From Eledone cirrhosa (taxonomy: Eukaryota): DNA of 64,000 nt. The position numbers were made by a program, and so were the translations under genes. Under the pieces are notes generated by a model. That model did not search any database and was not told where the DNA came from. It saw nothing but the letters and a program-made list of their open reading frames with translations. Location of the stretch: NCBI GenBank assembly GCA_964016885.1, contig OZ024743.1:252216001-252280000 (forward strand). Reading direction: 5' to 3'. Below are positions 11,264-23,726 of the stretch, one piece after another; the stretch's first letter is position 1; each line of letters begins with the position of its first letter.

Positions 11264-13904
11264 TATAGAGAGAAAGAGAGAAATATTTTACAAAATGTTG
11301 TACTTAGTTCATTTCAGAATGGGTAAAAAGGAAAATACATTTAAATAAGAAAAAAATGTATAGGTAATTTTGAAATCAATTTCAATATATTTCCTTGCAC
11401 TGGTAGCAAGCTATTTCATTTTTTCTTTCTTGTTGGGAAGGAAGGCTCTACAGTGATGAAGATTTTACTGCTGTTACGAGCAAGCTGAGTGAATGAGTAG
11501 AACAGGTTTTCCAACTGGGCAATATCGTCCACAGGTGGGCAATTTCAACTGTTTGGGTGGCGATAAGCAACTGGACAGAAAATGGTGGACAATTGGAAAT
11601 TTTGGTGGACGATATAGGATTTTAAATATTAAGGAGGTAGTTTAACACATGCTACCTAAAAAAAAATATATATATATTTACAGATACAAAGATCCTATAT
11701 TTAAAAAAAAAAACCAGGAGGCTAAATGAGAATAATGAACTAGTAACAAACATTTGTCAAACATTTTTGGTATGCTTTTGAATATTTACGAGCACTATAC
11801 AAGTGGGTGGTGGAACTTTTCCATGGAAAAGTGGGTTATGATGCAAAAAAGATTGAGTAGCTCTCTTAGAATTGAATAAGATAAGCACTCATTAAATGTG
11901 AACCGATTATAAAATATATTTTCTATAGAAAAAAGTGGTAGTGTCATTGAAGTCTCAACATTAATGGCTCTTACGAATTCTAATATTTCTTTGTTCTACA
12001 ACAACTAAACAAACAGATCAAAGTAAGACTTGATCTTAGAGTCTGATAAGGCACCACTGCTGAAACTTCGAAGTCACTGCCATCTTTTCTTTGGAAAATA
12101 AAATTATAAATATATATAACCCGTCTAACCCATGCTTGCATGGAAGATGGATGTTAAAAGATGATGATAAATATGTGTGTGTGTGTGTATAAATATAAAT
12201 ATGTATGTGTATATATATGTGTGTATATGAATATGTCTGTGTGTGTATATATATGTGTGTGTGTATATATGTAAATACCTTTTTCCATTTCTTAGAGGGT
12301 TCTAAACCCCACTACCAGGTTAAACATTCTTTAGTCAGAAAATACGGCAAAAGCTTCTATTTCTAATTTGAAACTCGCTCCCTGTTTCAAAAACGTGCTT
12401 ATACATATATATATGTATATATATATGTGTGTGTGTGTGTGTACATATGTATATTTATATATGTGTGTATGTGTATATATGTATGCAGTGACATATTTAC
12501 CTTCACATAAAGGCTGACAAATGATGTACCAATAACATCAGCTAGCATCAGGGACACTCTGAGTCCCTAGGAAGATATATGCCAGTTTGCTATGTGTTTT
12601 GTATAATATATATATATCATCATCATCATCGTCACCATTTTACGTTCATTCTTCCACGCTAGCATGGGTTAGACTGGTTGTCCTATTGTGAGCAATGCAA
12701 GGCCAGGTGACCATGTCTTGCTCATTAAGAACTGGTTTTGGCTTGATTTCTACAGCTGGATGTTTTTCCTTACACCAACCTCATTTACAGTGAGTACTGG
12801 GTGCTTTTTACATTGGCGCCTACACGACCACTGGGTGTGGACTGTGTGCTTTTTTGTCGTGACACCTACATGACCACTTTACAGTAGGCTTCAGCTTTGG
12901 CTTTTACCCGTGGGAAGTTGGATCTTCTGTATTAATGCGTAATGCCAGAGGTCTCGGTATCACTGTTTTACGTCCATTTTTCCATGCTAGCATGGGTTAA
13001 AGTTTTCATAACGATTGTTGTGGGAAAAATAGAGAATGGTGACAATGTAAAACAGTAGTGAGAGAGAGGAAGAGAGGAAGAGATACAAAACACTGATAAA
13101 GAGGGGGTAGCAAGATATAGAGAGAAAGGTGATAAAAAGAAAATACAGATGCAGAAAGAGTAATTGTGATGTATGTGTGTAGGGTGTGTGTTCTAATGAT
13201 GATGGGGATGGTGAGGATGGTAGACGTGATAAACATAGGAGTGGGAATGATGGTGATGGCAGGGTGGTGGTGGTGGTCTTAATAGTGAGAGAAAGAGAGG
13301 GTGGGGTTTATTTTCAAGAGAAAATTATGAGATAATCTCTGAGACAACATGGTGCCAGAACCTTAGATAAGTTAAGTGTGTGCATGTGTGTGTGTGTGTG
13401 TGTGTGTGAAAGCGGAAAAGTAATTTAATATAAGACAATGATGGAGTGTGAATGAGTAGAGGAGTGGCAAAACTCCATACACATACACACACACATATAC
13501 TTACACAAATATAAATATGTATATATATAAATTATATAAATATACTTATAAATATATATATATATATACACATTATACACACACACACACACACACACAA
13601 ATATACATATGTAAATAAAAATAAATAAATATATGTATATTTATATACATAATATAAACACATTTTCTTTTATCATATATCAATTTTGTTGTTGGTACAT
13701 AAGAGACATATTCTCCTGTAATTACTGTCATGCACACCCCCATCCCCACCCATCCACACATACCAATAACACTACCAACACTACCACCACCACCACCACC
13801 ACCAACAATCTCCAACTCTCATCAACAGCAATGGATTCAACCTTTCCTAGTTTCACAATGAGTGTTCCATTTGTTCAATTAAGGGAGCAGCCAGCTCATG
13901 AAAT

Positions 13905-14480
13905 TAACCTGTAAGTGGCTGAGCATTCCACAAACACAAGTACCCTTAACATAATTGCGAGAAATATTTCAACATGACACAGTATGTGACAAACACAGAC
14001 CTTTTGAATTATAGGTATAGTTCATATTGTGTTATAGTACACGTGGCGGAGCATTCTTAATGTAATTCTGAAGAAGATTCAATGTGACATAGTGCTTGAC
14101 GTTGCCAAACTTTTGAATCATAGGTATAGTTGATCTTGTATTATAATGTAAGTGGCTGAACAATCCAAAGACAGAGGTATCTTTAACCCTTTGCCATTTA
14201 AACTGGCTGTATCTAATCAGAAATCTCTCACCTCTTTCTGTTCAAACGGGCCATAACTGTCTGCTCAAACTTATGTAAAGGTATTGATGTCAAAATAAAT
14301 AATATCAAAATATCGCAGATTTGATATTATGTGAGGTAATTATGTGAGATAAAGTGTTTACTGCGAAAATACAATAGTAAATATAGAGTAATGTAAATAC
14401 TAAAGGGTTAAAGTAATTCTCAGGGAGATTGAGTGTGACACAGTGTGTGATAAATCTGGCCCAGTCAATTGCAGGTTTCG
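13905..14480 (-). repeat. Three tandem units of about 120 bp derived from the SINE family 2 interior
   Basis: Repeated gtaagtggctgagcattcca…cttaatgtaattct…gattcaatgtgacacagt…tttgaattataggtatagtt, similar to 23060-23180. Confidence 0.6.
14187..14407. mobile_element. piggyBac-like MITE
   Basis: TTAA|CCCTTT…AAAGGG|TTAA. Same family, in opposite orientation, at 39456-39675. Confidence 0.7.
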
Positions 14481-14574
14481 TCTATCCATAGGCTTCCAAA
14501 CAGTTTCCATCAATCCAGTTGAACACAAAAACAATAGTAAAAGACACTTGGCCTAGATTCCAAGCTGTAGAATG

Positions 14575-14619
<45 letters not shown>

Positions 14620-14888
14620 GATGCTAGCATGGAAGATGGACGTTAAACGTAGATGATGATGATGATGATATATATATATATGTATGTATATAGTTATACA
14701 TATATATACACACACACATATATGTATGTGTATATATATATAACTGCTATATCTAATTTGCTAAGCTGTCTGAACATAATGTTATACTCTGGGGTCTTAC
14801 CTCATCTGAGTGCTAAAGCTACAAACCGAATAAGCATACATGCTAGCTTGGCCGTATACTAGAGCTTCGTCTATGCTGTACTAAAATT

Positions 14889-14921
<33 letters not shown>

Positions 14922-15233
14922 TATATATATATACAATATATATATATATCTGTGTGTGTGTGTGTATCCTCTCTATCTAAATATCTATGTATGCATATAA
15001 TCATACACATTTACACATTTGAACAAAAGCATTTCATATAATATGGTCACGGTGGCAAGGGGTGTAGCCATAATTTCCTGTTCATTGTAGATTAGTTTCT
15101 AGGGAGGTCTCTTAGGTTTTGTTATTCATAACAATTGTAAATGTATGTATATATACATAAATGTGTATTTATACACACACACACACACACACACGCACAT
15201 ATATATTCACACGTGTTTATGTGTGTGTCTCTG

Positions 15234-15266
<33 letters not shown>

Positions 15267-16763
15267 GTATGTATCAGCATTAATGTATATATATTATCAG
15301 CAAAAAATGCATATAGTTACGTAAGAACTGACAGCTACATGTTTTCCTTGTCAGCTACCTTGCTGGCAGTAGTTTTACACAATTTGGTGGTACTGCACTG
15401 GTGATGCCAGTTTGCACAATAGTTTGGAGAACTGCATGTGTGACACTAACAAAACAAAGAATGGGCAAAAATATTTACAATTAATTCTGTAAAAATTTAT
15501 GACTAGAAATAAAATAGACAACAGACATGTAAAATGTGTAACATGTTACTGGTGGAAGTAATGAAAAGTTGTAAAATTAGACTTTAAGCAGGTGGCCCTT
15601 TCACTTGTGTCAAGGGCATGACAACTTCCCTTGTGATGGTGCTATAATAGAATGCACCTAATATGTTCTATAACATGGTTGGTGGTAGGTTTAGTATCCA
15701 GCCATTAAAAACCTGTTAGACAAAGTGTTGGGAGAACCCTTCCCTTATTGCATATACTCAAATAGAAGCCAATCTGAATTTAAACTGAGGCCCATATATT
15801 ATATCTGAGAAAAAGGCAAAATTCCAAACCCTGTTTAGAACTGTGACACCTAATCAATACATTATGTTCAAATAGTGGGGTTTTGAAATTCTCATGAGTA
15901 TAAACTAAATTTGGATGTTTAAAATGTTTTAAGTGTGATTTATAATACAGTTTTTGTTTCTTAACCCTATTATGTAATGCTTTTTTAAATATTTCATCTG
16001 TTTTATAAGGTTTCAACAAATTTCTGAAATTTTTGTTTACTTCTGTCCACTCACATGCTGGGAATTAGTTGAAAGCAAGAGATCAAATAAGAGATATTTG
16101 TATAGATATTCATAGAGCAGAAGCGGGAGAAAGAGACAGCAAGTGAGATAAAGGAGACACAGAGCAAGAAAAAGAGAGAGCGAGATCAAAATGTGAGAGG
16201 AGAGGGAGTGAGAGCAATAAAATAGAAGACAAGAAAGATTGAAAGAAAAAGTATAATTAAGTCACAGAGAAAAACAGTCTGTGCATGTGTGTGTGTTGCA
16301 TGAGTGTGTGTGCATGCATGTGTGTGCACATGTGCATGTATGTGTATGGTATATTTATGTATTAAATAGTTCAAATTATAAAGATTTGTAAGAAATATTT
16401 TTAAGGGAATGCATAAATAACACTAACGATGATGTAATAAAAGTACAAGCCTATTTATTGTAAAGTTATCGCTCTATATATTTTAGCTCTTTATTTAACA
16501 GAATTTAAAGTTGGTGAAAGTCGGCAAAATATTACCGCGAATATAAGGTGACCCTCCATTTTACGATCGAATTTTTTTACACATATTTCTCAGCTTGTAT
16601 ATGTGTCTATACTGTATGTCAAAGACATAACAATCTACCTAGTGTTAGTGCCACAATAAAACGCTCCCAGTGCAGTCTTTAAAGTGCTAACATGTATGTA
16701 AGGGAAATGCAGCCCCTGGCCTATCTGCAAGCGCAGCAGCTACAATTAGGTACTATATATATG

Positions 16764-16800
<37 letters not shown>

Positions 16801-16868
16801 ATGCACACACACACATATATATATATGCACCTACACACAGACAAAACCGCACACTATCTCTCTCTTTA

Positions 16869-16902
<34 letters not shown>

Positions 16903-17439
16903 CACTCCTATTTGTCCCTTTAGTTTACATCAAAATATGTCTCCAATTATGATGTAAGTAGCTATGAACTTTTAACACTGTAATATTTGAAAAGCTTTTG
17001 CGAACCGATTTCCTAATTAGGCCCTGTATACTTACTTTGGCTGATAAGTTCTCGAAATATTTCTATAGCTTACCAATTCCTTGTGGCTATAACCCCACCT
17101 GCACCTCGACACTACACTCAGTGCCAGAAGTGATGTTTGCCTAAGGTGCTAAACTCCTTGTAGAATTCTTAAATATCTAAACAGCACAGTTCCTGTATTG
17201 ACAACCATTAATTCTATGTAAATGTTTCAACTGTATGCTTTGAGGCATTTTTTTTTACATCATTACAAGTATTATGTAAAGTTGCATAGCTTGGTTGTTA
17301 GAGTATTGGGCTCACAACCATAAACTCATTGGTTTGAATCCCTGACTCGTTGACAAATTTTATCAATGAGCAAGGCATTTCTGTACTTTTTGCTCTCATT
17401 CACTCTACAGAAATTACATATCTGTAGCTAGAGATTATC

Positions 17440-17860
17440 TGTTAAATTAAATTTGGTGAAAATTTGCAGTTTTAGCTTTTAACACCCTGTAATGCGTTAG
17501 CAGAGAATATCTAAAAATTGTATTATTAATTCAAATATTTGGCAAAATTGCTGTTAAAATTTGCAGTATTGGTTCTGAACAGCTTGTAATGATTTCACAG
17601 AAAATATCTTTTAAAAAATAGGTTTGTTAATTCATACGATTATAACGATTTTACTGGTTGACAGATAGGTTTATTAGCTCAAATGTTTATAGTATCTTTA
17701 CTAGTGGACAGATTCTTGTGAAAATTTGCAGTATTAGCTCTTAACAATTTGTATTGATTTTTGCAAAAGTATCCAAAAAATGGGTTTGTTAATTCAAATG
17801 TGTATAGTATCTTTACTGGTCGACAGGTCACTGTGAAGATTTGCAGTAAATTTCAAACTT
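17440..17860. repeat. Degenerate tandem repeat (3-4 units of variable length)
   Basis: Recurrent aaatttgcagtattagctcttaaca…ggtttgttaattcaaat. Confidence 0.55.
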
Positions 17861-18374
17861 GAATTTTTAATGTAATGCTGTCACTGTGCTGCTTTCTAAT
17901 TTTCAATAATGCGATTTTTACTAATGGAATTTGATAGGCGAGTCACTTCTGAGTGAAATATTGAATGCTTCATCTTATATAAATTATAGAATTTGGAGTT
18001 TCTTGTTGGCAATGAGGAGACTGGTTTAACTCTTACATTACCATAATTCTAATGAAAGACACTGCCTATGATTTCTGAAATGATTTTGAAAATAATCAGG
18101 CGTTTGAAGGGATTAGTGATATAACTAGCTTTCCCATTATCATGTTCATGCTGGAAGCATAATATAACAAAGGGTCTAACACAAAATTATGATGGAAGTT
18201 TTGAAAATAATTATAAAAGAGTAAACCTCTATAATTATCATATTTCTAATGAAAGGCACTCCTATAATTTTTAAAACTTTAAAAATAATCAACTCTTCGG
18301 AGATATTTAGTAATATAACTATTTTTCTCATTATTCATCAAATATTTATTGCATAATTAAAGGAAACTTTTTAC

Positions 18375-18770
18375 ATGGTTAAAGTTACAGTGCTTAAAGT
18401 TGCATCTTCTTTTGAATACCTGGGTAGCCATGTACATATTAATGGAAACTTAGACACAGAAATCATTTCTCGCATTCAAAAGGCAGCAAAAGCCCTTGAC
18501 AGCCTAGAATCTAAAATCTGGTTACATCAATATTTCAATGGTGACACTAAAATCATGGTTTATATCTCATTTCTTCTTTCTGCACTGCTGTATTCATCTG
18601 AAACTTGGACAATATACATGTGTCATGTAAAAATGATGGAAATATTTCACTAGAATGAGTTCGTCCTCACTCTTTCCTGACAGTGATATTCTTACTGAAG
18701 CTATGATCACATCAATCCAAGCCATGCTTATTAGGAATCAACTACGATGGACAGGCCATCTCATCCATAA
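18375..18770 (+). mobile_element. RTE (BovB-like) LINE fragment
   Basis: FEYLGS…DTEIISRIQKAAKA…TKIMVY…LLYSSETW…QLRWTGHLI. Confidence 0.8.
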
Positions 18771-19410
18771 GTTAGTCGATTTAAAAATAGTATTTACATT
18801 TGAGAATAAAATAAAATATGTTTTATTCTCGTTTTATTTTATTTTATTTTATTCTATTTTGAAATGTAAATACTATTTTTAAATCACCCAATATAAAACC
18901 CATCTCATTCCTGAATTCTACACCATGTAGCCAACTATAAGCTTTCTGAAGACATGTGAAAAGTAATCAAGTATTGCATATGATTGAACAATACATATTG
19001 CTGTCAGCATATGTAAGCTATTATAATAGCCACAGAAACATGTTAAAGCCAATAAATACTTATACTATCTCCTCTCACTGAAGTCTATATTTTCTTGGTG
19101 CTACATTTGTTTATATTATATACTCCATACTTCTGGAAAAATATACCATATTCCTCCGCTTGGATATTTATGCTAAATGAGTCAAAGGATTCCGTTGAGT
19201 CAAATTTTCTGGTAAACAGTTATCTTGTTTAAGCATTCATTCTTGATATACATAAACAAAACCTTAACACACACACACCCACTTTGTGTTCCTACTCGTT
19301 ACCAAGACTACCTAAAGGCTATTTGGTATTCCCGCTTCATTTTCTTATTTTTTATATGTCTTTGCTGGACATTCTTTCTGTTTCTCCATTGGGATCCTGT
19401 CTCTATTTGT

Positions 19411-19446
19411 ACTCCTGAAGAAGGGCTTAAGCCCGACACGTCAAAC
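19411..19446 (+). ncRNA. HHR-like motif (family B), one core substitution
   Basis: CTGAAGA-A-GGGC-ttaa-GCCC-GAcA-C-GTC, followed by the family B tail (aagcgtgaaactaata…). Confidence 0.55.
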
Positions 19447-19534
19447 TTTTATTGCTCTTTCCAATATAAAGCGTGAAACTAATAAGACTTTTTGTACCTC
19501 TGTTTGTTGTGTCTTTGAACTATATATACCATCA

Positions 19535-19901
19535 TTTCATTCATCAATTTACGTCTGCTTTTCCCTGCTTACAAGGGTGGGACTTGTCCTGTTGTGGGCA
19601 GTGTCCGGTCGGCTGACCTTCTCTTGCCCATACAGGAACTGATGATTCTGGCTTGATTTCTACAGCTGGCTGCCCTTCCTAACACCAACCTCATTTACAG
19701 TGAGTGCTGGGTGCTTTTTTTTTCTGTGGCGCCTATACATTCATTTTACAGTGTGGGCTGGGTGCTTTTTTACCGTGGCACCTCCACAACCTCTTTGCAG
19801 TGGAATGATAGGGACCCCAGTCCTATTATCTCATTTCTACAGCTGAGTAAACTGGAGCAATGTGAAATAAACTGTCTTGCTCAAGGAAACAACACATCAC
19901 C
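19535..19901 (-). mobile_element. SINE family 2 (CORE-like domain, RTE-type tail), head truncated
   Basis: Aligns to 26597-26938 and 59771-60198 in reverse. Confidence 0.75.
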
Positions 19902-19913
19902 TGTATGTATGTA

Positions 19914-19920
<7 letters not shown>

Positions 19921-19946
<26 letters not shown>

Positions 19947-20030
19947 GAAATTATTGTGTAAAGTGCTCAGGTGCACTACAACTCGTCAATATAGTACATA
20001 GAATAATACACAAATGCCAGGGAAGTACAT
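19921..20030 (-). mobile_element. CR1 3' UTR terminus with (ATT)n tail
   Basis: Reverse complement of gatgagttgtagtgcacctgagcact…caataatttcattattatt, as at 35630-35686 and 35915-36040. Confidence 0.7.
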
Positions 20031-20854
20031 GTTTGTATGTGTTAGCTGTATAAATGCACACATGCAACCACTTATTAATACAGTACATAACAGATATAAA
20101 ACTGACATTTTGAGTTTCAAGGAAGTCGTCTTGAGGCAATGTATCAAGAATATTCTGAAACAAAATGAATGTAGAACATTTTCAATATGTCTTAGAAAGA
20201 TTATACTGTAAATTATCTAAAGCATCAGACATCATTAGAGATAAAAGTGTTTGTTTTGCTGGACACTACTGGAGAATTAAGGGGGAGCTGGTTAGTTGTA
20301 ACAGCATCACAATGAGACACAGATACCCCACCGTGGACACCTTGCCATAGTTGAAATTGCATTAGTCACCTTGCAAATATATACTTCAATCAGTTAATAG
20401 AGAACCCTGGATGTTACTGAGAGTAAGTGTCACAAAACATAGACTGGCAAGTTGGGTAGAGGATCATGTTCATGGAAATCCAAAAGAAGCTTGACTAGAT
20501 GATTATGATGATGGTAAAACTGCAATATCTTAATAATAACATATTTTTAGGGTATTTTTTAATACATGTATGGTGCTGGAGCTGGTTACGACATGTAAAT
20601 GTGGTTTCTTTACATGAAGTTATCAAAGCGTAAAGAGTTGGTGTCATTAGCATAGGAAGACATTTGGCTGAAAATTACAGCAAGAAAATGAAACAAAGAA
20701 AAAGTTATTGATGCAAAAATGAAAGAAGTATCTAGGAAATATATAGTCGAACCCTAAGGCACACTACATTTAATATAATCTGAGTTTGAGACATATATGT
20801 TAATATATTCAGCAAACGAGTATTTTGACAGGTAACAACCATACCTATATTTCC

Positions 20855-20937
<83 letters not shown>

Positions 20938-21416
20938 GTGCACACACACACACAAACACACATATATATATATAAATGTATGTGAGTGTATGTGAATATC
21001 CATATTTTGTTATATGTATACATAGGCTTCATACATACAGAAACATTATTGGAGGAACAGCTCCCCCCCCCCCGTGTTCTCTCCTCCACCTTTACCACTT
21101 CCACCACCACCACCTCCTGCTCCTCCACCTCCAACATAGAGTGTTCTTCAAGAATTTCTCCGTTCTTCATCAGCATTTCATAAACCAATAAAAGCGTGTT
21201 ATGACTGAAACATCATACAATATGGGTTCTGTTGTTGTTATTCTTTATCATATACATACACATATATGCATACACATATATATGTGTGTGTGCATACGTG
21301 TGTGTGTAAACATAGATAGGCATGTGTGTATATATATATGTGTGTGTGTGTACATGTGTGTATGTGTGTATTTATATATATATATATATGATGATATTCA
21401 CATATTTATATTATGC

Positions 21417-21457
<41 letters not shown>

Positions 21458-22369
21458 TCATTACTTTAATTATTATGTATTTCTTATTACTCCATCTGAA
21501 GTAATTCTGTTTGAAAGTCAGCAGAAACAATTTGAAGAAGAATATGGCCACACTAATATTCTTTCTTCTTTTCTGTTTCTTTTTTCTCAAGTCATCGTCA
21601 TCATTATCATCATCATAACCATCATCATTATTATTATTATTACGATTAATATTATTTATGTTTACACTTTTTTGGTTCATTTTTGTTAATTTCTTTGTTT
21701 CTTTCGCTAGTTGTTTTATTTTCTTTTTTATTTTTTTGTATTCCCCCATCTCCTGAAGGCTACTAAATAATAATCTGTTTCTATTCAAATTGATCATATT
21801 CAATCATATTTATATATTCTCTCACAGATTTTCACACTGTGCATGCCAAACTTAACACACCCCACCAACTACACCCTAATGCACTAAACAGTTCCTATCA
21901 CCACCATCACACTAACAATCACAGTCACACTAACTACTCACTCCACAATTTGAACTTTTGAGATTTATTCATAATATTAATATTTCATTTTCTATTCTGA
22001 ATCAGGTTAAAGTTGGATGACTTGCAACTATTCACTGGTTTAATTCAATTTCTTATCTTATTTCTTGTCGTACCTCCTCGCTAGCCTTATTAATACGTTC
22101 ATGTGCTTGCATTTATCATGACAGGGAAGTTGATGTTGGCGTTGTTGTTGTTGTTGTGGGGGTATGGTGGTGATGGTGGTTTTGGGATTGGTGAGGTTTG
22201 GTGTCTTATACTGCGGTGTTTTCAATGTGTTGATGTTGTTAGGAAGGAATGAGCTTGTTTTCTCATGTTATATATACAAATAATATATATATATACATAC
22301 ATGTGTGTATGTGTATATATATAAATATGAGTATATAAATATATATATATGTGTGTGTGTGTGTGTAGG

Positions 22370-22640
22370 AGGTCACTATATCTTGCTTTTGTGAACCTAG
22401 AGAAGACCTTTGGCAGAGTACCTCCTTGATGTGTCATCTGGTGCTTCTTTAAAAAACAGGTGTAGAAAAATGGCTTGTTGGGGCAGAGGAAAATGGCAAT
22501 TTGTATTTAGGTGTTCATCAGGCCCCAGTCATCAACCTACTGCTCTTTATTATAGTTTTCCTGGCTAGAACAGAGGAATTTAAAACTGGGTCTTCATGAG
22601 AACTACTATATGCTGGTGACATATTTTTAGAGGTGAATTG
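22370..22640 (+). mobile_element. Degraded RTE RT fragment
   Basis: LYLAFVNLEKTFGRVP…GVHQ…EEFKTG…ELLYAGD. Confidence 0.65.
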
Positions 22641-23059
22641 GTGGAAGCACGTGAGCATGCTTCTATAAAAGCACTGATAAATTTATAATTATGAATGTTG
22701 AAAACATGCGCAAGCTTATGCTTTAGACTTGAAAATTTAAATTCCATGCTTGAATGCACCTTGCTTTGAATCCGCTATTATTCCTAATAAGTTGTCTTGT
22801 GATATTAATCAATTCATTGTTATTTTTTATTATATATATTTGCTGAAGAGATATGGTTTGTATAAAGCACCCATAATGGACTAAATAACTAACTTCTAAT
22901 ATCCAGTTCTCTCCACAAATAGATGCGATATTCTAGGCCCATTGAAATGTCCGTAGTAATATATAAATAAATAATGCTAATACTATCTTTGTTTTTATTA
23001 AATTTTGAATTAGTGCATTTACATGTTGTTGGCTTTTGTCTGTTCCAATAACTATCAAG

Positions 23060-23320
23060 TGCTCCAGATGTTTCACCTACATAACAACCTACTTACAAAA
23101 GTAATGTACAAATGATTCAGTTTTCAGGGAGATTCAGCTTGACAGAATATGTAACAAGACTTCCACCCGAATTACAGGTACAACTCACTTTTGCCAGATG
23201 AGGGAACTGGAGCTATGTTAAACAAATTTTCTTGCTCAAGGACACAAGGCACTACCAGGAATTGAACTCAGAGCCTTTCAATCGCCAAATAAGCACCATA
23301 ATTACCAAACCATGTACCTT
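23060..23320 (-). mobile_element. SINE family 2-related copy (tRNA head + CORE-like domain)
   Basis: gggaactggagc…cttgctcaaggacacaa…ggaattgaactc…accaaaccatgtacc. Confidence 0.6.
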
Positions 23321-23726
23321 TATATATATATAAAAAATGGCTGATGACTAGTGTAGCAGTAAATAGTGACCAGAACGTATGCTGACGTAGAAAAACAACA
23401 GCCAATGGCATGGTAAGAGTGGAAGATGATTTTGAAGGTGTTTTTTTACCATAACACCCCAGTGGGAAAATTTGCTCCGTAAGAATTGCATGTGTCCGAA
23501 GGAACCTGCAGCCGTAGAATCAGCCAGATCCATACAGTGATCATGTTATCGAGCTACCTGCCGGCGAAACAATTGTAACACGCAATAAACTGAGTCCAGA
23601 TGCATCACTGATTTTTCATTTTTTTATACTATTCACACTCTGCTCTGTTTGAATATTGAGTGCTAATTTTGGCATACCGCCTATGGAAGCACCATAGCTA
23701 CCATTATACACACGTATATATATATA

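Noticed and set aside
11503-11870. hAT-like MITE
   Set aside because: Only vague terminal similarity; no convincing TIR pair or 8-bp TSD.
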